The notes under the pieces: model-generated
Seen by the model: only the letters and a program-made list of their open reading frames with translations
Told to the model about the DNA's origin: nothing
Database searches by the model: none
Program-made: the position numbers and the translations under genes
Part shown: piece by piece, positions 9,484 to 19,596 of the stretch
How positions within the stretch are numbered: the first letter of the stretch is position 1
How the letters are laid out: the number at the start of each line of letters is the position of its first letter
IMG/VR virus record: IMGVR_UViG_3300042398_000969
Span: 1-64,000 of that record
Source of the DNA: a virus
Length of the DNA stretch: 64,000 nt
Direction: 5' to 3' (one strand)

Positions 9484-9787
9484 TTTTTTCTTCATCTTTT
9501 TTATTGAAAATAGAATAAATTTTGGATCTATAGTTTTCATAGTGTGTCATTGCGATCCATTTACCAATTACACTACCGGAAACATAAAATATAATACCAT
9601 AATAATCTCCGTGAAACATACCATCAAGTGAATAATATGCAGAACCTAATGCCATTAGATTTATCCAAACACTATTCAATAATAATGCTTTAATTTTATT
9701 TTCATATGTATATTTTATCTCTAAAACTTTAAAGATGTTAAACATAATTTGAAAAAATAAAATTAATAAATAACTTTTATTCATCAT
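9473..9787 (-). CDS. small multi-pass membrane protein (possibly DUF5698-like)
   Basis: Three hydrophobic segments, YVSGSVIG motif. Confidence 0.55.
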   Translation of the reverse strand: MMNKSYLLILFFQIMFNIFKVLEIKYTYENKIKALLLNSVWINLMALGSAYYSLDGMFHGDYYGIIFYVSGSVIGKWIAMTHYENYRSKIYSIFNKKDEEKNVS

Positions 9788-10067
9788 AATTCCCTGTTGT
9801 TCTTCTTAATAGACGATCCACATCATCTTCTTTTTCTTTTAGCTCAATCATACGAATATAATAACCGTCAGCATTCGCATTAGAGTTTTCTGATTTTACA
9901 TTCTTGTCAAACCATTTGCTAAACCATTTACCTTTGTAAGCTAAAACCTGACATCTTTCAGAAAACTCTTCTGAATCTGATTGATCTAGTAAACCTTCAC
10001 TTACTAATTTGTTTAGTACAATGTCTTTAACCTTGTTGTAATTCTCCATTTCCGCTGTTAAGTCCAT
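9777..10067 (-). CDS. hypothetical protein
   Basis: 96-aa ORF overlapping neighbours. Confidence 0.6.
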   Translation of the reverse strand: MDLTAEMENYNKVKDIVLNKLVSEGLLDQSDSEEFSERCQVLAYKGKWFSKWFDKNVKSENSNANADGYYIRMIELKEKEDDVDRLLRRTTGNYDE

Positions 10068-10257
10068 CTTGTTTTTGTTTTAGTTTTTTTAAACATTTGT
10101 ATATAACATGGCTCTCCACTATGCTAAACCTATCGTTACAACCCTCTAGGGCTATTTCTAATAGCTTGATAGCTAATGTGTTATCCATTTTATCTAGGAG
10201 TGAATCTAAGTCTAATTCATCCTTAAATTCCAATAAATCATTAAATATTGCTGGCAT
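10027..10257 (-). CDS. hypothetical protein
   Basis: 76-aa ORF directly downstream of a Bacteroidota-type promoter. Confidence 0.6.
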   Translation of the reverse strand: MPAIFNDLLEFKDELDLDSLLDKMDNTLAIKLLEIALEGCNDRFSIVESHVIYKCLKKLKQKQDGLNSGNGELQQG

Positions 10258-10261
10258 GTTT

Positions 10262-10293
10262 CAAATATATATAAAAAGATTTAAAAAAACAAA
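10262..10293 (-). promoter_or_regulatory. Bacteroidota housekeeping-sigma promoter (TTTG-N20-TATATTTG)
   Basis: Minus strand reads TTTG (10293-10290), 20 nt, TATATTTG (10269-10262), matching the -33 TTTG / -7 TAnnTTTG consensus. Confidence 0.7.
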
Positions 10294-10309
10294 TCTCATA
10301 TTTATTATC

Positions 10310-10666
10310 ATGGAATTAAGAATAAATGGTAAAGTGTTTCAGGTTGAACTATTAACCCGACCAGATGATATCCAACAAGGTATGATGGGTAAGGAGAGTT
10401 TGGATGGTTGTATGGGATTCAAATTAAAAAGGGGTTTCCATAGTTTCTGGATGAAAGACTGTTTAATACCATTGGATATTGTATTTGTGTTAAATAACAG
10501 GGTTAACAAGATCTTCAGAGACTGTCAACCATGTTCTGGGGAAGAATGTCAACACTTTACAGCGGCTGCTGACCATGTATTTGAGTTTCCATCTGGAACC
10601 TGCTCTGAATTCAATGAAGGTGACACAGCAAATCTTTATTTAGGTACAAAATATAATCCGGTTTAA
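10310..10666 (+). CDS. DUF192 family protein
   Basis: QGMMGKE, FWMKDCLIPLDIVF, HVFEFPSG; start reassigned to MELRING. Confidence 0.85.
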   Translation: MELRINGKVFQVELLTRPDDIQQGMMGKESLDGCMGFKLKRGFHSFWMKDCLIPLDIVFVLNNRVNKIFRDCQPCSGEECQHFTAAADHVFEFPSGTCSEFNEGDTANLYLGTKYNPV

Positions 10667-10745
10667 TCTTTGTTTTTTTGTTTTTTTTACCTATATTTTA
10701 TCAAGAAATCAATAAAATAAATATTTATATAAAAAACATACTATT

Positions 10746-10910
10746 ATGGGATGCGGATGTAAAAAAAAGAACAATGAACCTGAGCAACCAGTTCAAAATC
10801 AAAACGTAACTGAATCAACAACTCCAATTGCAACACCAGACGTTCAGCAAGAACAAATAATTCAGGTGGCTGTAGCTCTTCGTGAAATGATTCAGAATAA
10901 AGAACTTTAA
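10746..10910 (+). CDS. small MGCGCK protein (54 aa), missed by ORF track
   Basis: MGCGCKKKNNEPEQPVQNQNVTESTTPIATPDVQQEQIIQVAVALREMIQNKEL; preceded by TATTTAT motif, followed by hairpin. Confidence 0.7.
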   Translation: MGCGCKKKNNEPEQPVQNQNVTESTTPIATPDVQQEQIIQVAVALREMIQNKEL

Positions 10911-10918
10911 GTTAATAA

Positions 10919-10948
10919 ATGACGGACATCTTGTGTTCGTTATTTTTT
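10919..10948 (+). terminator. putative intrinsic terminator
   Basis: ATGACGGACA-tcttg-TGTTCGTTAT stem (two G-U pairs) followed by T-run. Confidence 0.5.
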
Positions 10949-10983
10949 AGCCTTAGGGTATATAAAAATATATATTTTTAAAT

Positions 10984-11181
10984 ATGAAAGGAAATACTAA
11001 ATTGACTAGTGTAACAGTGTTAGATGATGTCTACAAAAAATTCAAGGTTAATGTTATCGATGGTAACATTAACTTTCAAAAGTTAGTAAATAGATCAATG
11101 GATCTATACAATAAAAGTGAAGACTTTAGAAAACAGATCGATAATCACAACGGTTTGGCTTCAACTGGATCAAAGTTTTAA
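10984..11181 (+). CDS. small hypothetical protein (possible ribbon-helix-helix-like DNA binder)
   Basis: KLTSVTV strand followed by two helices; heads the GT operon. Confidence 0.55.
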   Translation: MKGNTKLTSVTVLDDVYKKFKVNVIDGNINFQKLVNRSMDLYNKSEDFRKQIDNHNGLASTGSKF

Positions 11182-11184
11182 TTA

Positions 11185-12540
11185 ATGAAGAAAAAAATAT
11201 TATTACTATCTGATGATCTAAGAATGACATCAGGTATCGCTACTGTGTCGAAAGAGATTGTCATGGGAACAATTGACAAATATGATTGGGTACAATTAGG
11301 CGCCGCAATCACACATCCGGAAGCTGGAAAGATTGTTGATGTTAATGATGATATTAGAAAGAGAACGGGTATTGAAGATGCCAATCTTAAGATCATTCCA
11401 TACAATGGTTATGGTGACATTAATATTCTTAGAAAGTTAATAAACGAAGAGAAGCCAGACGCTATCTTACACTTTACTGATCCACATTATTGGCAATGGT
11501 TATATGATAATGAACACGAGATTAGACAACATACACCAATATTATATTATCACATATGGGATGATTTGCCAGATCCAAAGTACAACAGGAACTATTATGA
11601 GAGTGTTGATTGGTTGGGTTGTATATCTAAGCAAACATATGGTATAGTACATAGAGTAGGTAAAAATACTGATAAGGTAACATATAAGCCATTAGAAGAT
11701 TGGCAAATAAGTTATGTTCCACATGGTATTAATTCAGAAACATTTAAACCATTAGATGTTGTGAGTGATGATATTAAAAAAATTGTCTTTGGTGACAAGG
11801 AATATGATTTTATTTTATTCTATAACAACAGAAACATTAGAAGAAAACAACCATCTGATGTTATCTATTCATTCAAATTGTTTTGTGATAAACTACCAAA
11901 AGAAAAAGCTGATAAGTGTTTGTTATTAATGCACACAGCGGCTGTTGATGAGAATGGAACAGACTTACCTGCGGTTATTGAAGATCTTTGTCCATATGAT
12001 GTTAAGTTCACAGGATTAAAGTTAGAACAAGATAGATTAAATGAAATCTATAACCTAGTTGATTGTACTATTAACATTGCAAACAACGAGGGGTTTGGTT
12101 TAACAACAGCAGAATCATTAATGGCTGGAACCCCAATCATTGTTAGTGTTACTGGTGGTTTACAAGACCAATGTGGATTTGATTTTAGTGCTGATGATTA
12201 CATTAGTATTGGTACCTTACACAACAAAGGTGAGAGAGCACAAACAAAACATGGAGAATGGGTTTTACCTATTTGGCCATCAGCCATTAATCTAAATGGT
12301 TCTGTACCAACACCATATATCTTTGACGATAGAGTTAATGATGAAGAAGTTGCTGATGGAATTATGAAGATGTATAAGTTTGGTAAAAAGAAAAGAAAAG
12401 CAAAAGGATTGTTAGGTAGAAAGTTTGTGATTGATAACCTATCAAATAAAATAATGTGTGATAAAATGTCTGAAGGGATTGAACAAGCAATCAGTAACTT
12501 CAAACCAAGAAAGAAATTTGATTTATATAAAATTATATGA
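11185..12540 (+). CDS. GT4-family (GT-B) glycosyltransferase
   Basis: NRNIRRKQ, NEGFGLTTAESLMAGTPII, TGGLQDQ. Confidence 0.9.
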   Translation: MKKKILLLSDDLRMTSGIATVSKEIVMGTIDKYDWVQLGAAITHPEAGKIVDVNDDIRKRTGIEDANLKIIPYNGYGDINILRKLINEEKPDAILHFTDPHYWQWLYDNEHEIRQHTPILYYHIWDDLPDPKYNRNYYESVDWLGCISKQTYGIVHRVGKNTDKVTYKPLEDWQISYVPHGINSETFKPLDVVSDDIKKIVFGDKEYDFILFYNNRNIRRKQPSDVIYSFKLFCDKLPKEKADKCLLLMHTAAVDENGTDLPAVIEDLCPYDVKFTGLKLEQDRLNEIYNLVDCTINIANNEGFGLTTAESLMAGTPIIVSVTGGLQDQCGFDFSADDYISIGTLHNKGERAQTKHGEWVLPIWPSAINLNGSVPTPYIFDDRVNDEEVADGIMKMYKFGKKKRKAKGLLGRKFVIDNLSNKIMCDKMSEGIEQAISNFKPRKKFDLYKII

Positions 12541-13790
12541 GAAAACCATTTTTATTATTTAGAGGACCAGTAAAGACGAGAAGCGGATATGGTGCACATT
12601 CAAGAGATTTACTTGAAGCATTGTATAAAATGGAAACATTTGATATAAAGATTGATAGCTGTAGTTGGGGATCAACTCCATTAACAGCATTAGAAGAAGA
12701 TAATGTTTTCCACAAATGGATTGATGCTAACACCATTACAAATTTAGCAAATCAACCTGACATCTATGTTCAAGTTACAGTACCAAATGAATTTCAAAGA
12801 GTTGGTAAAGTTAACATAGGTGTGACAGCAGGTATTGAAACAACTGTGGCACCAAAGAATTGGGTTGATGGTTGTAACAAAATGGATATGATCATTGCTA
12901 CATCAGAATTTTCAAAAGAAGTTTTGTTGTCAACAGTTTATAATGAAACAGACAATGTAACTGGTAAATTAATTAAACAATATAGAATTGAAAAACCTAT
13001 ACATGTTTTGTTTGAAGGTATTGACACATCCATTTATAATAATGTTTATAACGGAATTGATTTAGACATCAAGGAAGACTTTGCATATCTATTTGTGGGT
13101 CATTGGTTAAAAGGAAGTATTGGCCAAGATAGAAAGGATGTGGGTATGTTGATTAGATGTTTCACAGAAGCATTTAAAGGTCAAGAAGATATGCCAGCTT
13201 TGATTCTTAAGACATCTGCAGCATCATTCTCAATTAAACAAAGAGAAGAGTTCAGAAAGAAGATAGAAGACATTGTAGGTAAAGTAGAGAATCCACCATC
13301 AATCTATCTTTTATTCGGTGATCTATCGAACAGCGAGATGAATGAGTTGTATAATCATCCTAAGGTTAAGTCTATGGTTTCAATAACTAAGGGTGAAGGG
13401 TTTGGTAGACCGTTGTTAGAATTCACAATGACCGGTAAGCCAGTGATAGCATCAAACTGGTCTGGACATAAAGACTTCTTACCGATGGATAAGGCTATTA
13501 TGATTGGTGGTAAGTTAACTGATGTTGATGAGAGTGCAATTGATGATTTTATTATTAAAGGTTCAAAGTGGTTTACAGCAAATTACAATGAGGTGGTTGA
13601 AGTTTTAAAGTTAGTTAAGAAGGATTATGATACATTCTTATCTAAGTCAGAGATATTAAGAGTAGAGAATCAGGAGAAGTACTCATTAGAAAAGATGGTT
13701 GATAAATTTAAATCATTAATACCGATTGAGGTTAAAGAGGAACCAGTACAAAAACAATTAAATTTACCTAAATTAAATAAAATAAAATAG
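12537..13790 (+). CDS. GT4-family glycosyltransferase
   Basis: SGYG, DRKDVG, GEGFGRPLLEF...GKPVIASNWSGH. Confidence 0.9.
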   Translation: MRKPFLLFRGPVKTRSGYGAHSRDLLEALYKMETFDIKIDSCSWGSTPLTALEEDNVFHKWIDANTITNLANQPDIYVQVTVPNEFQRVGKVNIGVTAGIETTVAPKNWVDGCNKMDMIIATSEFSKEVLLSTVYNETDNVTGKLIKQYRIEKPIHVLFEGIDTSIYNNVYNGIDLDIKEDFAYLFVGHWLKGSIGQDRKDVGMLIRCFTEAFKGQEDMPALILKTSAASFSIKQREEFRKKIEDIVGKVENPPSIYLLFGDLSNSEMNELYNHPKVKSMVSITKGEGFGRPLLEFTMTGKPVIASNWSGHKDFLPMDKAIMIGGKLTDVDESAIDDFIIKGSKWFTANYNEVVEVLKLVKKDYDTFLSKSEILRVENQEKYSLEKMVDKFKSLIPIEVKEEPVQKQLNLPKLNKIK

Positions 13791-13791
13791 T

Positions 13792-14073
13792 ATGCCGAGA
13801 AAGAAAAGAGAACCGATCTTTTTAACAACAGAAACACCGCAATCATCATCGTTTTCTATTGCGGGCACAAAGTATATTGAAGACTGTGAGTGGTGTTTCC
13901 AATTCGATGATCACGAACCTATTGTGTTTGCAACAGCATCAAAAAAAGATTTTGCATCTACACCTAAAATAAGTTTCACATTATCAAATAGAAGTGATAG
14001 TACTATGACTTTTTTTGATGAAAAATCAGGTAAGAAATTAAAACTATACTCAAGAGAAAAAATTAACAAGTGA
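13792..14073 (+). CDS. hypothetical protein
   Basis: 93-aa ORF inside operon. Confidence 0.6.
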   Translation: MPRKKREPIFLTTETPQSSSFSIAGTKYIEDCEWCFQFDDHEPIVFATASKKDFASTPKISFTLSNRSDSTMTFFDEKSGKKLKLYSREKINK

Positions 14074-14693
14074 TGAAAATAAGTTTTGCAATAACCGTAT
14101 GCAATGAATTAGACGAAATAAAAAGACTGGTTCCCTTTTTATTAGAACACAAAAATACCAATGATGAAATCGTTATTCTTTTTGATGAAAAGAATGGAAG
14201 TAAAGATGTATTAGATTTTCTATTACCTTTCAACATTAAACCAAATGTTCAAACCTGGAGAGGATTGGATTGGGATAATAACTTCGCCGAATGGAAGAAT
14301 AAACTAAATGAATATTGTACTGGTGATTATATCTTTCAATTAGATGCTGACGAGATGGTTAGTGAGTACTTGGTTAAAAACATTGGTGATATAATTGAAG
14401 AGAATAAAGAAGTGGATCTATTTTATTTAGCAAGAATTAACACGGTTAAAGGTATAACAATGGAGCACATCAACAAATGGAGATGGAATCTAGATAAAGA
14501 AGGTAGAATTAACTTCCCCGATTACCAGGGTAGATTGTTCAAACCAAATTTAAAGTGGGATGGTAAGGTTCATGAAAGAATAGTTGGCGCGAAATACTAT
14601 GCTATTCTCCCATTAGAAGAAGAATATTGTTTAATTCATAATAAAACAATTAATAAGCAAGAAACACAGAACGAATTTTATAACACAATATAA
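14070..14693 (+). CDS. GT2-family glycosyltransferase
   Basis: ISFAITVCNE, YIFQLDADE (DxD), W.GKVHERI. Confidence 0.88.
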   Translation: MMKISFAITVCNELDEIKRLVPFLLEHKNTNDEIVILFDEKNGSKDVLDFLLPFNIKPNVQTWRGLDWDNNFAEWKNKLNEYCTGDYIFQLDADEMVSEYLVKNIGDIIEENKEVDLFYLARINTVKGITMEHINKWRWNLDKEGRINFPDYQGRLFKPNLKWDGKVHERIVGAKYYAILPLEEEYCLIHNKTINKQETQNEFYNTI

Positions 14694-14699
14694 TAACAA

Positions 14700-15455
14700 A
14701 TGAATAAATTAATTTTAGCAACTGGAAGTAATCTAAACTATCTACATAAGATGACAGGTTATTTAAAATCAATTGAGGCTAACTCAAACTTTGATTCAAA
14801 CTATCTGGTTTTTTTAGGTGATGACGAAATGAAGATGAAGTATGAGAAAATAAAAATAGTTAATGTCTATCAAAAAGATCTAGAGATTGTTCCATCAAAC
14901 TATTGTATTCAACATGGTGAGTTTTTAAAATCAAAGATGTTAGATGAAGCAACGAATGATGATGATGTTATTTTCTTTACGGACGGTGATATTAAAATAC
15001 AAAGAGAATTAACAGATGATGAGATAACTAGATTTAAGAATTTCAAAGACGATGATGTTTATGTTGGTTATAATGTATCACCAACTGATACATTACATGA
15101 TGAGTCATTAAGATTGGGAATTATTGACAGAGAGTCATCATTATTAAAAAAGGATTTAAAAAAAATTAAGGTATATAACACTGGTGTCTTAGCAATGAAT
15201 AAAAAAACTTGGATCAAATTAATGAACCAGTTTATTGAATATTATCCTGAAGTGGATAAAACTTTTCATCATTATGCTAAACAACAATGGTTGTTATCAC
15301 TTTTGATTAACACAATGGGTTATAATGTTTATGAGATGTCATATGATATACACAATCATCTACATTATCCAAGTCCAGATGGAACACAGCAGGATGCTGA
15401 GGGTGTAGTATATTACAATAATAAAAAGGTTTTATTTAAACACAAATGGGATTAA
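14700..15455 (+). CDS. GT-A fold nucleotide-diphospho-sugar transferase-like protein
   Basis: IFFTDGDI (DxD), YNTGVL, QQWLL. Confidence 0.6.
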   Translation: MNKLILATGSNLNYLHKMTGYLKSIEANSNFDSNYLVFLGDDEMKMKYEKIKIVNVYQKDLEIVPSNYCIQHGEFLKSKMLDEATNDDDVIFFTDGDIKIQRELTDDEITRFKNFKDDDVYVGYNVSPTDTLHDESLRLGIIDRESSLLKKDLKKIKVYNTGVLAMNKKTWIKLMNQFIEYYPEVDKTFHHYAKQQWLLSLLINTMGYNVYEMSYDIHNHLHYPSPDGTQQDAEGVVYYNNKKVLFKHKWD

Positions 15456-15456
15456 G

Positions 15457-16113
15457 ATGAAAGATTTACTAGAAATTATCAAAGGTATTGACCTTAAAAA
15501 AATAACAGAAGAAGAATTAGAAAACTTATTACCATCTTTAGGTATGAATGGTGAGAATGGACATGAGATGCCAGCTCATTTATCCCAACACTATAATATT
15601 GGTTTAAGATTTTGGCAATACCCAAATCAATTTAGTAAGTATCTTAAACTACTAAGTAAGTTTAAGATCAACTCATATCTAGAAATAGGTTGCAGATGGG
15701 GTGGTACATTCATTATAACAAATGAGATATTAAAATTAAAGAATAAAAACGTTAAAGCATTTGCTTGTGACTTAATTGATAAATCTAGTATCTTAAACGA
15801 ATATTCAAACCATGCTGACTTTACTTTTATTAAGATCAATAGTGCACTACTTGATAAAGAAAATGTGCAAGAACAAGTTGATCTAATATTAATTGATGGT
15901 GATCATTCTTACAATGGTGTAAAAACGGACTTTGAGAGATCTCTACAGTATTCTCCAAAGTATGTGGTGTTTCATGATATTGCTAGTGATGCTTGTCAAG
16001 GAGTTGTGAACTTCTGGAATGAAATAAAAAATAATTACAAGCACCATGAGTTCATTGAACAATATGATAGCGTTTCGGGTAGTTACTTAGGTATCGGTTT
16101 AATAGAATTATAA
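15457..16113 (+). CDS. class I SAM methyltransferase (Methyltransf_24-like)
   Basis: YLEIGCRWGGT, DLILIDGDHSY, VFHDI. Confidence 0.85.
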   Translation: MKDLLEIIKGIDLKKITEEELENLLPSLGMNGENGHEMPAHLSQHYNIGLRFWQYPNQFSKYLKLLSKFKINSYLEIGCRWGGTFIITNEILKLKNKNVKAFACDLIDKSSILNEYSNHADFTFIKINSALLDKENVQEQVDLILIDGDHSYNGVKTDFERSLQYSPKYVVFHDIASDACQGVVNFWNEIKNNYKHHEFIEQYDSVSGSYLGIGLIEL

Positions 16114-16114
16114 T

Positions 16115-17218
16115 ATGAATATAACATTTGTACTAGCGGTTTACAACAAATTAGAATTAACTAAAGAGTGTTACAGACACCTTAGACACATATATCCAAC
16201 AGCACCATTGGTTATTAGCAGTGGTGGATCTAGCGATGGTACAAAGGAGTGGCTTGAGTCATTAGAAGATGAGAATGTTTCTTATATTCATGATGACGAT
16301 AGATTAACTTTCTCTGACACATATAATTCGGGTATCAAACTTGTTGATACTGAGAAGGTTGTGTTGATTCATAATGACATGGTTATTGGTGAGGGATTTT
16401 TAGAAGCAATCGAAAGACTTCTTAAACCTAATATGGTATTATCATATACAACAATTGAGCCGCCAGTATTCAGAGGACACAAAAGACCTGGTAAAGTATT
16501 ATTAGATCTTGGTAGTGGCTTTGATGATTTCGATCACGTTAACTTCAATAGTTATGTTCAGCAATGGAATCAAAGTGATGAGTTATATGACGGCGCGGTA
16601 TTCTTTATGAGTGGTTATAAAAAGATGTTTGATGATGTCGGTGGATTTGATGGTTTTAGTTTTGTTCCTTGCTTCTGTGAAGATGATGATTTCTTATTAA
16701 GAGCTAAGATTAAAGGTTATGAATTAAAAACCTGTGACTCTGCTATTACATATCACTTTGTTTCACAGACATCTAGATTTAGCGATGATATGAAAACCAA
16801 CAGACAGCTAATAGAAGTCTCATCAAACAGAAACTTTGTAAGGAAGTGGGGTCTACCATTCTCAGCCTTCAATGAGATTAGATATTGGGAAGAAAAGGAT
16901 TTCAAATATAAAACATTCAAGATGGGGCTAACCACTAGAAGTAGATCATTTTTACTCCAGATAGAACCATTCTTTGATAAAATCAATTTAGGGGCCATTC
17001 CAGACGATTATATTCAAAATGAACAGAAGAATACCAAGTATGATTTAAGATCGAAATTTACCCTAACAGACGACGTTGACGTTATGATTTACGAGACCAG
17101 CCCATTTGATCAAATGGATCTCGACACACTTAAAAAATTAAGACTTTCTATACCATATTATGAACCAGGTGAATACCAGATTGGCAATATGATGATTGAT
17201 ATTAAAAAAATAGTTTAA
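16115..17218 (+). CDS. GT2-family glycosyltransferase
   Basis: GGSSDGT, IHNDM, GGFD...CEDDDF. Confidence 0.85.
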   Translation: MNITFVLAVYNKLELTKECYRHLRHIYPTAPLVISSGGSSDGTKEWLESLEDENVSYIHDDDRLTFSDTYNSGIKLVDTEKVVLIHNDMVIGEGFLEAIERLLKPNMVLSYTTIEPPVFRGHKRPGKVLLDLGSGFDDFDHVNFNSYVQQWNQSDELYDGAVFFMSGYKKMFDDVGGFDGFSFVPCFCEDDDFLLRAKIKGYELKTCDSAITYHFVSQTSRFSDDMKTNRQLIEVSSNRNFVRKWGLPFSAFNEIRYWEEKDFKYKTFKMGLTTRSRSFLLQIEPFFDKINLGAIPDDYIQNEQKNTKYDLRSKFTLTDDVDVMIYETSPFDQMDLDTLKKLRLSIPYYEPGEYQIGNMMIDIKKIV

Positions 17219-18063
17219 TGAATATACTTGTAACTGGTGGTGCTGGGTTTGTGGGCACCAATTTAATTAAGAGATTATTAAAAGATGGGCACAATGTTAC
17301 ATCGATTGATAACTATTTAAGTGGATATGTATCTAACCATCAAGACGGCGCAAACTATATACTTGGTGATGTTACTGATTTAAGCATATTAAATGATATT
17401 AAGTTTGATATCGTTTATCATTTAGCTGCGATAGCTAGAATACAACCATCATTTAAACAGCCTGTTGAATATTTTGAAACAAACACAAATGGTACATTGA
17501 ATATAGCACAGTATTGTGTTAACAATAACATACCATTAGTTTATGCTGGAAGTAGTTCACATCATAGTGGTAAGTTTAAAAACCCATATACATTCAGTAA
17601 AGACATTGGTGAGGAGATTATTAAACTTTATCAGGATCATTTTAAATTAAATGCGTCTATCACTCGTTTTTATAATGTATACGGTCCACATCATTTAAGA
17701 GATGGTGGTTATAGTACTGTGATCGGTAGATGGGAAAAACAATATGATGATGGTGAACCTTTAACAATATATGGTGACGGATCAAAGAGAAGAGATTTCA
17801 CACACATTGATGATATCGTTTATGGGTTAATTAAGATACAAGAGAAAAATGCTTGGGGTTATATCTTTGAGTTAGGTAGAGGTAAAAACTTTTCGTTAAA
17901 TGAAGTAGCAGATATGTTTAAGGAAGATCGTTTATACTTTGAAGATAAACCAGGTGAAGCTCAGGAAACTTTGTGTGAAAGCAATTTAGCTAAATTTGTA
18001 TTGGGTTGGTTTCCAATTATTAATTTATCTGATTATATTAATGAATATAAAAAAAGGAGCTAA
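17218..18063 (+). CDS. NAD-dependent nucleotide-sugar epimerase/dehydratase
   Basis: ILVTGGAGFVG, YxxSK (YTFSK), RFYNVYGP, GDGSKRRDFTH. Confidence 0.93.
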   Translation: MNILVTGGAGFVGTNLIKRLLKDGHNVTSIDNYLSGYVSNHQDGANYILGDVTDLSILNDIKFDIVYHLAAIARIQPSFKQPVEYFETNTNGTLNIAQYCVNNNIPLVYAGSSSHHSGKFKNPYTFSKDIGEEIIKLYQDHFKLNASITRFYNVYGPHHLRDGGYSTVIGRWEKQYDDGEPLTIYGDGSKRRDFTHIDDIVYGLIKIQEKNAWGYIFELGRGKNFSLNEVADMFKEDRLYFEDKPGEAQETLCESNLAKFVLGWFPIINLSDYINEYKKRS

Positions 18064-18081
18064 TTTAGCTCCTTTCTTTTT
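18049..18081. terminator. bidirectional intrinsic terminator
   Basis: AAAGGAGCTA-att-TAGCTCCTTT perfect stem flanked by A- and T-runs between convergent genes. Confidence 0.8.
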
Positions 18082-18535
18082 ATTTCTTAATTAACTTAAA
18101 CAGTACCTGGTATTTGTCTTTTGTTTTACCAGCATCCTTTAGATCTTCTTTAGTGATTTCAGGATATTCAAGTTCAATCTCTTGATTTAAAAGAGTACCA
18201 TATTCTTTATCGAACTCAAGATAATTTGGATTAATAACAGTTCCGGTTACATTACCTTCTTCGTCTTTAACCTCGTTTCTCATTTTAACCAAGATACCAC
18301 CATTACCATCGTCTTCACCATACTTTTTAATCAAGTCGTCTCTCAATACTTCAACCTTGCTTCTCTCACTTTTAAGTGTTGCTGAGAAATCACTTAGCTC
18401 ATATTTCAAAATGATTGATAGATTTTGTTTGCTAAAGCCCTCATAAATCTGTTCACCAGATTGTGGATCGGTATACCCGTTTATTTCACTTTCTAATTGT
18501 AGAACGTCTCCTAATTTTAATGTAATTTTGTCCAT
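18080..18535 (-). CDS. acidic hypothetical phage protein
   Basis: 151 aa, LIKKYGE motif. Confidence 0.65.
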   Translation of the reverse strand: MDKITLKLGDVLQLESEINGYTDPQSGEQIYEGFSKQNLSIILKYELSDFSATLKSERSKVEVLRDDLIKKYGEDDGNGGILVKMRNEVKDEEGNVTGTVINPNYLEFDKEYGTLLNQEIELEYPEITKEDLKDAGKTKDKYQVLFKLIKK

Positions 18536-18586
18536 AAATTTAAATTATCTTTTATAATATATATCTTATTTTTAAAAAAGTAAACA

Positions 18587-19594
18587 CTAAATTATTGTCA
18601 AAAGTGCGTAAGTTATCATGATCGATATCCACACAATTAGTGCTTTCAGGTAGGTCATAAATCCGGTGTGGAAATACTTCTGACCAATCGGTAAACACTT
18701 ATGGGATGGTGAGATCAAATATGCTGAGTATTCCAATGTAAAGAACAGAACAAAATACTGCATACCAAACACACTTGTTAGTAAGCTAACGATACTCGCA
18801 TACTTTGCGGAAGATCCTAACATGAATGATGATAGAAATGATATAACAGAAACCACTAGAATATATTCTGGTTTACTATATTGTTTAATATATGATTCTA
18901 TCACATTATAGTAAGAACCAACAAGGTTACCTAGAATGATTACTAATGCAACGATCCATATCAATTCCCAGTCAATATAACCCATTAGTTTATTCCAGCT
19001 TTTAGAATAATACACCAACCATAGAGTAAACCCTGTAAAGAAACCAAAATAATATTCAGTAAGAAATACACACATTAGTATAGTAACCAAGAACGGTATA
19101 ACCACCATAGTAATGTTTTGCATATTAATTGGTTCGTCTTTAACTTCAATATCAATCTCATCATCATTTAATGATAAAATATAATATGTTACATATAATA
19201 CAGATATTAAAAGCAACGGCCAGATATATGACATGAATTGCATATAAGTTAAACTCAACACAGCCATTGGAATAATAACAGTCTTCTCTAATGGTGACCA
19301 TAGATAATAGTGGTGTGTTGCTAGGTAATCAATGATACCAAACTTCTTACGTTTCTTATTATCAACAGGTGCAATACTGTTTAACATTGATGCCGATAAT
19401 GCAACACGCCCAGGGATAGGTAAGATACCACCAAATAGTGATACCAAAAATACCACCATTCTTTTAGACTTAACTTTTTGTTCAAGTAGTCTGAAGATGT
19501 CCATAAGGTATCCTCTTTCTTTGAGGATACCTGTAACGAACATAATGAATATTAAATAGACAAGGAACTCTTGTCCTTTGATTAGAATTGACAT
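18587..19594 (-). CDS. multi-pass inner-membrane permease (DUF401/IT-superfamily-like)
   Basis: About 9-10 TM segments, GGILPIPGRVALSA and ISPSHKCL motifs; starts 2 nt after TBDR stop. Confidence 0.65.
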   Translation of the reverse strand: MSILIKGQEFLVYLIFIMFVTGILKERGYLMDIFRLLEQKVKSKRMVVFLVSLFGGILPIPGRVALSASMLNSIAPVDNKKRKKFGIIDYLATHHYYLWSPLEKTVIIPMAVLSLTYMQFMSYIWPLLLISVLYVTYYILSLNDDEIDIEVKDEPINMQNITMVVIPFLVTILMCVFLTEYYFGFFTGFTLWLVYYSKSWNKLMGYIDWELIWIVALVIILGNLVGSYYNVIESYIKQYSKPEYILVVSVISFLSSFMLGSSAKYASIVSLLTSVFGMQYFVLFFTLEYSAYLISPSHKCLPIGQKYFHTGFMTYLKALIVWISIMITYALLTII

Positions 19595-19596
19595 AA

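Noticed and set aside
11185-18063. Bacterial LPS/capsule locus (window being host chromosome)
   Set aside because: No flippase, polymerase, export or housekeeping context; surrounded by phage-type small ORFs, PcfJ-like and fibre genes. Caveat: no capsid or terminase gene lies in this window
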